DNA of 64,000 bases, from IMG/VR virus record IMGVR_UViG_3300028833_000010; one strand, written 5' to 3'. The translations under genes were made by a program, and so were the position numbers. Positions within the stretch are counted from its first letter, which is position 1. Every line of letters begins with the position of its first letter. The notes under the pieces were generated by a model, which was not told the origin of the DNA, made no database searches, and saw nothing but the letters and a program-made list of their open reading frames with translations. Shown in pieces: positions 55,526 to 63,768 of the stretch. This stretch comes from a virus.

Positions 55526-55811
55526 ACCGAAGGAGATGACTAAAGAGAGTATAGATAGCATCTTCAATGGCATGAACGAATTGCTGGTAAAGAAAAACCA
55601 TGATTACAAGGGAGCTTCTTTTGACCTTGGGATGAACGGCAATATGGTTCATTTATGGGACAAAGTTAGTAGGTATCGTAACATGGTAGAAAACAAGATG
55701 CGTGGAGAACAACCAAACTTTGAAGGCATTGAAGATACGTTGAAAGATATTATCGGATATGCAGTGATTGGGCTACATATCTTGAAAGCCGAAGAAAACG
55801 AAAAGGAGTAA
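55506..55811 (+). CDS. small all-alpha MazG-like / DUF1599-like NTP pyrophosphohydrolase candidate
   Basis: 'KKNHDYKGASF...WDKVSRYRNM...FEGIEDTLKDIIGYAVIGL' follows the K-x-x-DY, DK-x-x-R, E-x-x-D-x-x-x-D-x-x-x-YA pattern. The start is uncertain (55506, 55512 or 55536). Confidence 0.4.
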   Translation: MCMTNIKPKEMTKESIDSIFNGMNELLVKKNHDYKGASFDLGMNGNMVHLWDKVSRYRNMVENKMRGEQPNFEGIEDTLKDIIGYAVIGLHILKAEENEKE

Positions 55812-55814
55812 CAG

Positions 55815-56336
55815 ATGGACAAGAAACTCATTACAATTAGTGGCAAAACTTACAAGCTATTATTTGACAACTTTGATGAGGACATGGATATTGACTCTTT
55901 ATTGAAGATAGATTATTCAAACCTTATTGGAGAGCTTGTAACATTCCCAGTAATTGTAAACCGATTTGGTCAATTACTTGCTGAAGCTGAATCTCAAGTT
56001 GCAGAAGCTAAACTCAATCTGGAAGTATTTGAAGCTAAAACCAAAGAGAGATTGAGAAGTGAATTAGCAGCTGAAAATAACGGCAAAGCTCCTACTGTTG
56101 AGGCTCTCAATAATGCGGTTGTGGGTAACAAAGCTTACCAAGCAATGAGAAAGAAGTTTATTGAGGTTCAGAAAACAAGAGATTACATGAACTCAATCTT
56201 TTGGTCTGCTAAAGATAAGAGTGAGAAGTTGGACAAACTTTCTCTTACTGTTCAGCAAGGTGATATTACTGATTCGGTTATCGAAGGAAGAGTGAATGGC
56301 ATCTTGATAAAGAGAACGAAAAAATTGATTGATTAA
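55815..56336 (+). CDS. hypothetical coiled-coil protein (possible UvsY-like recombination mediator, by position)
   Basis: 173 aa, immediately upstream of the SSB-like and RecA-like genes. Only loose pattern similarity to UvsY. Confidence 0.25.
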   Translation: MDKKLITISGKTYKLLFDNFDEDMDIDSLLKIDYSNLIGELVTFPVIVNRFGQLLAEAESQVAEAKLNLEVFEAKTKERLRSELAAENNGKAPTVEALNNAVVGNKAYQAMRKKFIEVQKTRDYMNSIFWSAKDKSEKLDKLSLTVQQGDITDSVIEGRVNGILIKRTKKLID

Positions 56337-56363
56337 CAATAACATAGTAGATTTAAGAAAATC

Positions 56364-57710
56364 ATGGAAAAGAAAAATTCAAGCGGAGATTTGCGTTCAC
56401 AGTTGAAAGCAACTCCTATTAAAAAGCTGAAAAAGCGTGTCGATGAAGACAATGAAATGGTGGGCGGTAGCAGCAACGAGTATCTGAATTTGGAAGATGG
56501 AAAGACATTGAAAATTCGTATATTCCCAGCTCACCCTGGCGTTGAAGACTTTTATATTCCAAAGAAGTGTTACTGGCTTACAATTGCTGGTAAGGATGGA
56601 GACCCAAGACGTACTACTGTGCTTGACTCTAAGGTTCACGGAGGTACGAAGTGGGACTTGGTAGAAGAGTATGTAAAATTTGCTAAGAAGAAATGGGCAA
56701 AAGATGCAGATAAATTAGATGCTCTTACAGGTACTGGTCAAAACCAAAACAGCCTCAATCCTTCTTACACTTGGTTGTGCTATGCTGCACAAGTTACGGC
56801 TGACGAAGAGTTGCGTGCTAAGTTGTGGGAGTTTAAGAAAATGGTTCGGGATGCGATGAACAAGTTGGCATTTTCCGAAGATGAGGATGAAGCAATTGAA
56901 GTTGACCCATTTACTGATCCAGATGAAGGTCTGCCTATCTTGGTTAAGTATATGAAAAATCCAAACAAGAAGAAGGGTGAAAACTATTATGAAGTATCAT
57001 TCCCGAAGAAGGTATCAGCAAGACCGCTTACAGATGAGGAAATTGAGTATTTCATGACTCTGAAACCGCTTACTGAAGTATTGCCTAAGTACGGAATGAG
57101 AGACTTTGAGAAAGCGTTGGAAGGTTTGCAGAACTTTGACGAAGAACATGAAATGGAATTGTTCGAGGATGATGCTTGGCTAGAACACGTTGAGGAAATC
57201 AAATCTCAGTATGATGCTGAAGATGATGAAGAAGATGATAAACCTTCTAAAAAGAAAATTTCCAAGAAAGTTACCAAAAAGGTAGTTGACGAAGAAGATG
57301 AGGACGAGGGTGATGATGACTCCGATGATGAGGAAGAGGAGGAAGAAAAACCTAAGAAAAAGTTAGCGAAAGCTCCTGCTAAGAAAGCTGCCAATAAGGT
57401 AGAAGATGAGGATGAAGAAGAGGAAGAGGAGGAAGAGCCTGAGGATGAAGCAGACGAAGAAGAGGATGATTCAGATGAAGCTGAAGACGATGGCTTGGAC
57501 GACATGGACAGAACTGAACTGAAAAAGTATATCAATGAAAATGACTTGGAAGTATCGGTTAAGAAGTCTATGACGGATGACGACTTGCGTGAAGCTATTC
57601 GGGAAGCGATGAATAGCAATGACTCTGATGAAGATGAAGAAGATGAGGAAGAAGCACCGAAAAGCAAAATTTCTCTGAAAGACATCAAGAAGAAACTTGC
57701 TGGAAAATAA
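56364..57710 (+). CDS. candidate ssDNA-binding protein (gp32-like N-terminus) with a long acidic tail and HeH module
   Basis: 'LNLEDGKTLKIRIFPAHPG..FYIPKKCYWL' resembles gp32 '[31 protein letters not shown]', but the Zn ligands are not conserved. The acidic tail contains 'MDRTELKKYINENDLEVSVKKSMTDDDLREAIR'. Confidence 0.35.
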   Translation: MEKKNSSGDLRSQLKATPIKKLKKRVDEDNEMVGGSSNEYLNLEDGKTLKIRIFPAHPGVEDFYIPKKCYWLTIAGKDGDPRRTTVLDSKVHGGTKWDLVEEYVKFAKKKWAKDADKLDALTGTGQNQNSLNPSYTWLCYAAQVTADEELRAKLWEFKKMVRDAMNKLAFSEDEDEAIEVDPFTDPDEGLPILVKYMKNPNKKKGENYYEVSFPKKVSARPLTDEEIEYFMTLKPLTEVLPKYGMRDFEKALEGLQNFDEEHEMELFEDDAWLEHVEEIKSQYDAEDDEEDDKPSKKKISKKVTKKVVDEEDEDEGDDDSDDEEEEEEKPKKKLAKAPAKKAANKVEDEDEEEEEEEEPEDEADEEEDDSDEAEDDGLDDMDRTELKKYINENDLEVSVKKSMTDDDLREAIREAMNSNDSDEDEEDEEEAPKSKISLKDIKKKLAGK

Positions 57711-57743
57711 ATTTCATCTACTTTCATATTGTTAACAAACGAG

Positions 57744-57780
57744 ATAAGCCAGCGGTTGAAATATATCGTTGGCTTATTTC
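57744..57780 (+). terminator. hairpin (weak terminator)
   Basis: ATAAGCCAGCG-12 nt-CGTTGGCTTAT (11 bp, one G-U pair) followed by TTC. Confidence 0.45.
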
Positions 57781-57797
57781 ATATAAAACAAAAGTTT

Positions 57798-58928
57798 ATG
57801 GCGAAAACAAAAAGCATTATTGATAAGATTGTCGATAAATTCAACTCTGAGGACGTCATTAAGTTCTCTGATAAGGATGGATTCAAAGACGTGAAGAGCT
57901 GGGCACATACAGGCAGTCCTACGCTTGATTATAACCTTCGTACTTTCGGACTACCAACTGGCATTATAGAGATAGCAGGCAAGAGCCGTAGTGGTAAAAC
58001 TACGTTGGGACTCATGGCTATGAAATACTTTCTTCAGGAAAATCCAGAAGATGGTATTGCTGTTATTCTTTCAAGTGAAAACCGAGACAATAAAGACTAC
58101 GCATTACAGCTTGGTTTGCCAGTTCACAGAATAATTATAATCAAGGTAAAATATGTTGAGGCGATGTTCATGCAAGTTAAAAAACTTGTTATGGATGCTG
58201 ATGAGGTATTGAAAGCCGAGAAGATGAAACCCAAGTTCTTCTTTCTTTGGGATAGCTTGGGAGCAACTCTGTCGAAGTCTGAGCTTGACACAATGGAAGA
58301 AAATACTAAGCTGTTAGAGAAGGAGCTTCAGAAAGGTTCAGATGTTGAAGACATTGAGTTGAAGAACGAGAAGATGATGGCATTCGCAAAAGAAGCTAAG
58401 AAGTTTGCGAAATCTATTATGTCTGAAATGTACACCCATATAATGCACTTTGTAATGCTAAATCATCAGTACGAACAAAGTACTATGGGCATAACTACTC
58501 GAAAGAGTACTGGAGGAGAATGGGTTGAACTTATGCCTACTATTCGTTTGTCTATGAAGCTAATCAAGCATGAAAAGATTGACGATGTAGAAGTTGCTCA
58601 GATAACTGAAGTTAAGGTTGTGAAGAACGACTTTGGAAGCAGAAAGAAAACGGATATACGCATACTGCTTGGTTATGGTATAATCTTATCTCAAGATGAT
58701 ATTGACTATGCTTGTGAGATGGGAATAATCAAGAAAGAAGGAGCAAAGAAAATGAGCTTTTTGAACGGAAAGTTGGAGTGGAGTTCTCCGAGAGAATTTT
58801 TCAAACATTACTACGACCATAACAAACTGTTGGTAGTTCTTCATAACAAAATCAAGAAGTCTATGCAGAACGATTTGGTTGAGTTGAAGAAGTCTCTGGC
58901 TAATGGACTTGAAGAAGAGGATGATTAA
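57798..58928 (+). CDS. RecA/UvsX/RadA-family recombinase
   Basis: 'GLPTGIIEIAGKSRSGKTTLGL' is a RecA-type Walker A context. The ATG at 57798 lies after the hairpin, whereas the listed 57729 start spans the terminator. Confidence 0.7.
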   Translation: MAKTKSIIDKIVDKFNSEDVIKFSDKDGFKDVKSWAHTGSPTLDYNLRTFGLPTGIIEIAGKSRSGKTTLGLMAMKYFLQENPEDGIAVILSSENRDNKDYALQLGLPVHRIIIIKVKYVEAMFMQVKKLVMDADEVLKAEKMKPKFFFLWDSLGATLSKSELDTMEENTKLLEKELQKGSDVEDIELKNEKMMAFAKEAKKFAKSIMSEMYTHIMHFVMLNHQYEQSTMGITTRKSTGGEWVELMPTIRLSMKLIKHEKIDDVEVAQITEVKVVKNDFGSRKKTDIRILLGYGIILSQDDIDYACEMGIIKKEGAKKMSFLNGKLEWSSPREFFKHYYDHNKLLVVLHNKIKKSMQNDLVELKKSLANGLEEEDD

Positions 58929-58955
58929 CAGCGTTTATAAGGAAAATATGAATTT

Positions 58956-60041
58956 ATGAAGAAACAAGCAATTGGCATACTTGTAAATGATATTCATCTT
59001 GATAAGGACAATGGTGAGTTGGTGAAAGACATTTTTCGTCAGCTCATCAGTCTTTGTCGGGAGTATGACACTAAACGTATATTCTGCGGTGGGGATGTAT
59101 TTACCAATCGTTCAGGTCAGCCGTTACAATGTCTGACTGATTGGAAGGATATACTGGTTATGTTATCTGAAGAGGACATTGAATTGCACGTTATTCCAGG
59201 CAATCATGATAAAACTGATAGCGATGATGAGAAAAGTTACTTGGATGTTTATTCTGAGTCTTGTGTCCATTTGTACCGCAATGGCGTTTGGAGTATAATT
59301 GGCGGAGCTGTTGTAGCATTCATTCCATATTTCAAAGACGATAAATGGCTTGAGGAATATGCTAAGATTAATGAGGACATAGAAGAAAATTTCAAAGATG
59401 GGGACATTGATGAAAACACTCCTTTGTTTTTGATAACTCATTCAGGCTTTGATGGGGTAGTAAATAATGATGGTTCAAGAGTGTCTTCTATTATAAAACC
59501 TTCAATGTTTGAAATGTGGACGAAGGTATTGATTGGCCATTATCATAACGCTTCTAAGTTAGCGGATAATGTTATATATACTGGTTCTGCTTATCAAAAT
59601 AATTACGGAGAGAATATCACCGACAAAGGGTTCACAGTCATATTCGATGATGGTTCAATTAAATTTGTTCCTTCTAAATTCCCGAAGTATATCAAGGAAG
59701 TGATTGATGCTAACGACAAGGAGACTTTGATGAACCTTTTGGAAAAGTATGAAGACGAGGAGTATGACCATATTAGATTTATTTTTACTGGTAAGAAGGT
59801 AGATTGTCAAAAGATAAACATTGCTGATATACAAGGAAAATATGGCATAGATTGCAAATTTGAGGCAACAGAAACAACAGATGCAATCGAAATATCCGAG
59901 TCAGACAGCGTTTTGAATTACGATAAGAAAACAATAACAAAAGACTTCTTGAAGTTCTGTACCGAGAATAATATCAATGGTAGCAAGTTCAAGTATGGTT
60001 TTGATTTAATAAAGCAAATGCGGTATGTGGAATCCAAGTAA
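58956..60041 (+). CDS. SbcD/Mre11/gp47-type nuclease
   Basis: Calcineurin-like phosphoesterase motifs 'NDIHLD', 'GGDVF', 'PGNHD', 'ITHSG', 'GHYH'. Confidence 0.8.
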   Translation: MKKQAIGILVNDIHLDKDNGELVKDIFRQLISLCREYDTKRIFCGGDVFTNRSGQPLQCLTDWKDILVMLSEEDIELHVIPGNHDKTDSDDEKSYLDVYSESCVHLYRNGVWSIIGGAVVAFIPYFKDDKWLEEYAKINEDIEENFKDGDIDENTPLFLITHSGFDGVVNNDGSRVSSIIKPSMFEMWTKVLIGHYHNASKLADNVIYTGSAYQNNYGENITDKGFTVIFDDGSIKFVPSKFPKYIKEVIDANDKETLMNLLEKYEDEEYDHIRFIFTGKKVDCQKINIADIQGKYGIDCKFEATETTDAIEISESDSVLNYDKKTITKDFLKFCTENNINGSKFKYGFDLIKQMRYVESK

Positions 60042-61881
60042 AATTGAGATATATAATTTGTTTGCTCACAAGGAGTCAGTATATGACTTCAAGAACAATA
60101 CTTGTACAGTTATCTTCGGAAGGAATGAAACTGATAGAGGTTTGGAGAATAATGGAGCTGGTAAGACCACCTTGTTTGAAGCAATTTGTATAGCTCTTAC
60201 CAATGAGAGTCTACGAGCTATCAAGAAAGATAGTTTCATCAATCGGGATGAGGAAGAATGCAAAATTGTTTTCCATCTTTACAATCCTGTTCTAAAAATG
60301 AAGCTCTGTATCATTCGTCAGTTCTTTCGTGGTAATAAGTCAGCAAAGGTTGAGATATGGGAAAATGACAAATTGAATAAACAAGTCGTATCTGTAAACG
60401 AAGCAAACAAGCGTGTTCTTGAGCTTATTGGGATAAGTCGTGAAGATTTGCTAAGATACTTCATAATTAGTCAAGATAATCAATATACGTTCTTCACTGC
60501 CAGTGATAGCGAGAAGAAGGAGATAATGAACCGCATTACTTCTGCTGATATGATTAACCCAGTCATTGAAGAACTTGATTTGCGTTACAAAGAGAAGAAT
60601 GCTGAATATAAGGGGATTGATGATGAGATTGGTAAGTTATCGGATAAGAAGGAACTATTGGTGGAGCAAAGAGAAGAAGTGCTTGCTAATGATAATACCG
60701 AAGAAGAGTTGAGCGAGCTATCTGAAAAGATAAATAAAGCTGAAGAAGAGATTGTTGAAATTGACGGCAACTTGGAAAAATGGCGTAGGGCGGTAAAAAC
60801 AATAGAGGAACAAATTCAAGCAATAACTGTTGAAGATACTACTCAATTGAAGAAAGAACGAAAAAAGCTCAAAGAAGAAATAGAGGAGCTTGATTCAGAA
60901 TTATCTGAGAATAAGAGATTAGAGAAGAAGCTCAAAGCAGAGCTTGAAGATACCATAATTTGTCCGAAGTGTTCTCATGAATTCATACACGAGTCAGAGT
61001 TGAATTTGTCGCTTGAAGATACTAAGTCATTGCTTAATGAAGCTCAAAGCGAGATTAAGAAGCAGAATAAGGAATATGAAGCAAAAGAAACTAAACTCAA
61101 AAATCTTAACAAGAAGATAAAGGAAGCTGAGCAAGCCGAAGAACTTGTTGTAGAGATTGATGAAGAGAAAAGTAGTTATGAACGCAAAATCAAGAATAAG
61201 ACGCAAGACCGTGCTGACCTTCTTGAAAAGATAGCTAAATGGGAAAATGAGAAGAAAGCTATCAAGAAAAGAAAGAAGGATGACAAATTGTTAAACAGTC
61301 TTAACCAACGTATCATAGAATGCGATACTGAGATAGAGAAGCTAAACAAACAACTCCTACCAATCAGTGAAGAGATGGAGACAATTAAGTTTTGGCAGTT
61401 TAACATGGGACGTTCAGGGTTCATGACTTATCTTGCTAATAAATCAATCAAAATAATCGAAGGTATCACGAACAGCTATTTGAGAAAATTTGGCGTTGAT
61501 ATATCGGTATTGATTAATGGTTTTACAATTCTAAAATCAGGAGAAGTCAGAGAAAAGATTGATGTGTTTGTTTTGAATGACGGAGTAACCGCTGAACAGT
61601 TCTTGGCTAAGTCAGGAGGTGAAAGAGGACGTGTTACATTAGCAGGAGTTCTTGGAATTCAGCATCTCATAAATCTGTCTACGAACGGACGTGGATTGAA
61701 CCTTATTTGTTTTGACGAGTGCTTCCACGGAATGGATAGTAAAGGACAAGAAAATATCATCAAAATCTTTGAAAAAATGGGTATGACTATTTTGGTGATA
61801 ACCCAAAATGTTAGTGAGTCTTTCAACAATGAGAACACGCTCTATGTGGTTAAAGAAAAAGATGTGAGCCGATATGTATAA
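60025..61881 (+). CDS. SbcC/Rad50/gp46-type ATPase
   Basis: Walker A 'NGAGKTTLFEAI', long coiled coil with a central 'CPKC' hook, signature 'KSGGERGRV', Walker B 'LICFDECFHGMD'. Confidence 0.85.
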   Translation: MWNPSKIEIYNLFAHKESVYDFKNNTCTVIFGRNETDRGLENNGAGKTTLFEAICIALTNESLRAIKKDSFINRDEEECKIVFHLYNPVLKMKLCIIRQFFRGNKSAKVEIWENDKLNKQVVSVNEANKRVLELIGISREDLLRYFIISQDNQYTFFTASDSEKKEIMNRITSADMINPVIEELDLRYKEKNAEYKGIDDEIGKLSDKKELLVEQREEVLANDNTEEELSELSEKINKAEEEIVEIDGNLEKWRRAVKTIEEQIQAITVEDTTQLKKERKKLKEEIEELDSELSENKRLEKKLKAELEDTIICPKCSHEFIHESELNLSLEDTKSLLNEAQSEIKKQNKEYEAKETKLKNLNKKIKEAEQAEELVVEIDEEKSSYERKIKNKTQDRADLLEKIAKWENEKKAIKKRKKDDKLLNSLNQRIIECDTEIEKLNKQLLPISEEMETIKFWQFNMGRSGFMTYLANKSIKIIEGITNSYLRKFGVDISVLINGFTILKSGEVREKIDVFVLNDGVTAEQFLAKSGGERGRVTLAGVLGIQHLINLSTNGRGLNLICFDECFHGMDSKGQENIIKIFEKMGMTILVITQNVSESFNNENTLYVVKEKDVSRYV

Positions 61882-61932
61882 GCATCTCAAAGTTTATAGA
61901 GATAATATGAACAATGTAAACTTTTATTATAG

Positions 61933-62448
61933 ATGGAAAATAAAGAATGGATAAAATCCATAAATGACAAAAAGTTAATTGCAGTTGACCCTGGCAAAGA
62001 GGGTGGAATTGTAGTATTTTCACTTGATAGAAACGAGATAATAACAGTAATTCATATGCCTGAAACTCCTCAGGATTTATTGAATTTTATCACGAAGTAT
62101 CAGAAGAATGCGACATGCTACTTGGAAAAGGTAGGAGGACTTCCAGGAATGGGAGGCAGTTCAATGTTTAATTTCGGAAAGGGGTTTGGTCACTTGGAAA
62201 TGGCTCTTTTATGCAGAAAGATACCTACTATGGAGGTTACTCCTCAGAAGTGGCAGAAGGAGCTACAAGTGGGCAATAAAGGGAAGAAAACCACTACGCA
62301 GTGGAAAACTAAACTGAAAGAACGTGCTCAACAAATTTATCCGAGTGTAGGAGAGAAGTTCAACTTGAAGACAAAACAAGATTGGATGAGAGTTTCAGAC
62401 GCTCTTTTGATTTTAGAATACGCAAGAATAACAGAAAAACGAAGATAA
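61933..62448 (+). CDS. RuvC-fold Holliday junction resolvase-like protein
   Basis: 'LIAVDPGKEGGIVVF' (first catalytic Asp context) and 'YLEKVGG..GGSSMFNFGKGFG'. Confidence 0.5.
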   Translation: MENKEWIKSINDKKLIAVDPGKEGGIVVFSLDRNEIITVIHMPETPQDLLNFITKYQKNATCYLEKVGGLPGMGGSSMFNFGKGFGHLEMALLCRKIPTMEVTPQKWQKELQVGNKGKKTTTQWKTKLKERAQQIYPSVGEKFNLKTKQDWMRVSDALLILEYARITEKRR

Positions 62449-62450
62449 AT

Positions 62451-62789
62451 ATGGTAAAATTTGTTTGTAGAAACGAAGAGTGCAAGAGAAAGGGAGTTGA
62501 AGATGAATACTATTCAAATACCTATCATATGGTTAACGGACATCTTCAAAGCAATAACGCTCCTTGTCCATGTTGCGGTAAAGTACGAGAGGAAATCAAT
62601 CCAGCCGATGATATTCCGTTGAGTCAGAAAAATATCGACATTGCTAAGTATGGTAGTGCTTCACTTGAAGATAAAAGAGCAATGTTGAAGAAACGTTCTC
62701 ATGACCATTATGAGAAAGAAATAAAACCTTTCAAGGAACATCAACTGCATGAGGCAGTTAAGCGATTTAAGGACGCAAGTAAGAATTGA
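62451..62789 (+). CDS. zinc-ribbon protein
   Basis: 'CRNEEC...CPCCG' gives two CxxC pairs. The ATG at 62451 lies just after the upstream stop. Confidence 0.45.
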   Translation: MVKFVCRNEECKRKGVEDEYYSNTYHMVNGHLQSNNAPCPCCGKVREEINPADDIPLSQKNIDIAKYGSASLEDKRAMLKKRSHDHYEKEIKPFKEHQLHEAVKRFKDASKN

Positions 62790-62793
62790 CGGT

Positions 62794-63420
62794 ATGGGAT
62801 TGGAGAGCATGTATTTCAAAGCAGATTATCATTACAAGGCTAAACTTGTCAATAAGTGGATTGCGATAATCAGATACTCAACAAATGAAAAGCGAGTTAA
62901 GGCATATAAGAATTTGGTATTCAAGATGATGAAAGATATTGTCAAGAAAAATATTGCCAATTATCTAAATCTTCTTAACAATACTGAAGTGAAATACATG
63001 TCTGATAGAGATGAATTGGTTGCCGATTGTTATATCATCTTTGACAAATGTTTGGAGAAATATATAATTAAGGGCAATTACAATTTTTATTTCTATTTCA
63101 ACAAATCATTATCAAGAAATTTTTACAGAGATTATCAGAAGGAGTTACAGAGGAGCAATGGATGCGTAGAAATTTCAGAAGCATTGGAGGCAGTGAATAA
63201 GGGGTTTCACGATTATCGGGAGCCTGATGCAACTGAGCTTTTGATGGAGCATCTTGGTTTAGATGAATTAGAAAAGCGGATATGTCGTTCAAGAATGTTG
63301 GGTCAAAAAACTTCCGAGTTTTTGAAGGAAAATCCAGATGTAACAAACGGACAATATTCACGTTGTCTCAAGAAAATAAAAGAAGTACTAATAATGTTTC
63401 AAGAGAAAGGAGAAATTTAA
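62794..63420 (+). CDS. second sigma-70-family-like (ECF-size) protein
   Basis: Region-2-like 'ELVADCYIIFDKCLEKY...FYRDYQKE'. Region-4-like 'LDELEKRICRSRMLGQKTSEFLKENPDVTNGQYSRCLKKIKEVL'. Confidence 0.45.
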   Translation: MGLESMYFKADYHYKAKLVNKWIAIIRYSTNEKRVKAYKNLVFKMMKDIVKKNIANYLNLLNNTEVKYMSDRDELVADCYIIFDKCLEKYIIKGNYNFYFYFNKSLSRNFYRDYQKELQRSNGCVEISEALEAVNKGFHDYREPDATELLMEHLGLDELEKRICRSRMLGQKTSEFLKENPDVTNGQYSRCLKKIKEVLIMFQEKGEI

Positions 63421-63421
63421 T

Positions 63422-63763
63422 ATGGAAGCGAACATTTATCAAAAAGCCATAGAACAGCTGGTATTGGAAGGAAATACGATATTACAAGTGTGTACTCCGA
63501 ACAAGGATGAGTTCTTGTTCTTTGCCGTATATAAATGGCAAGAAGGGTATTTTAACACGGCTCAGTCTATTGATTTCAATACTGTGGAAGGTGTAAACAT
63601 TACAGAGTTCTTAACTAAGAACGCAGCAATGTACTCTAATAGAACAAACTTTATATCGTCATTCAACCGAGTAATGGAAGAAGGAGTTTTGGTACGTTGC
63701 GAGTTCACAAAGAGTGCAACTTGGTTTAAGTGGGCAGCTCCGAATGGTACAAAGAAACTGTAA
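63422..63763 (+). CDS. hypothetical protein
   Basis: 113 aa ORF. Confidence 0.45.
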   Translation: MEANIYQKAIEQLVLEGNTILQVCTPNKDEFLFFAVYKWQEGYFNTAQSIDFNTVEGVNITEFLTKNAAMYSNRTNFISSFNRVMEEGVLVRCEFTKSATWFKWAAPNGTKKL

Positions 63764-63768
63764 ATAAA

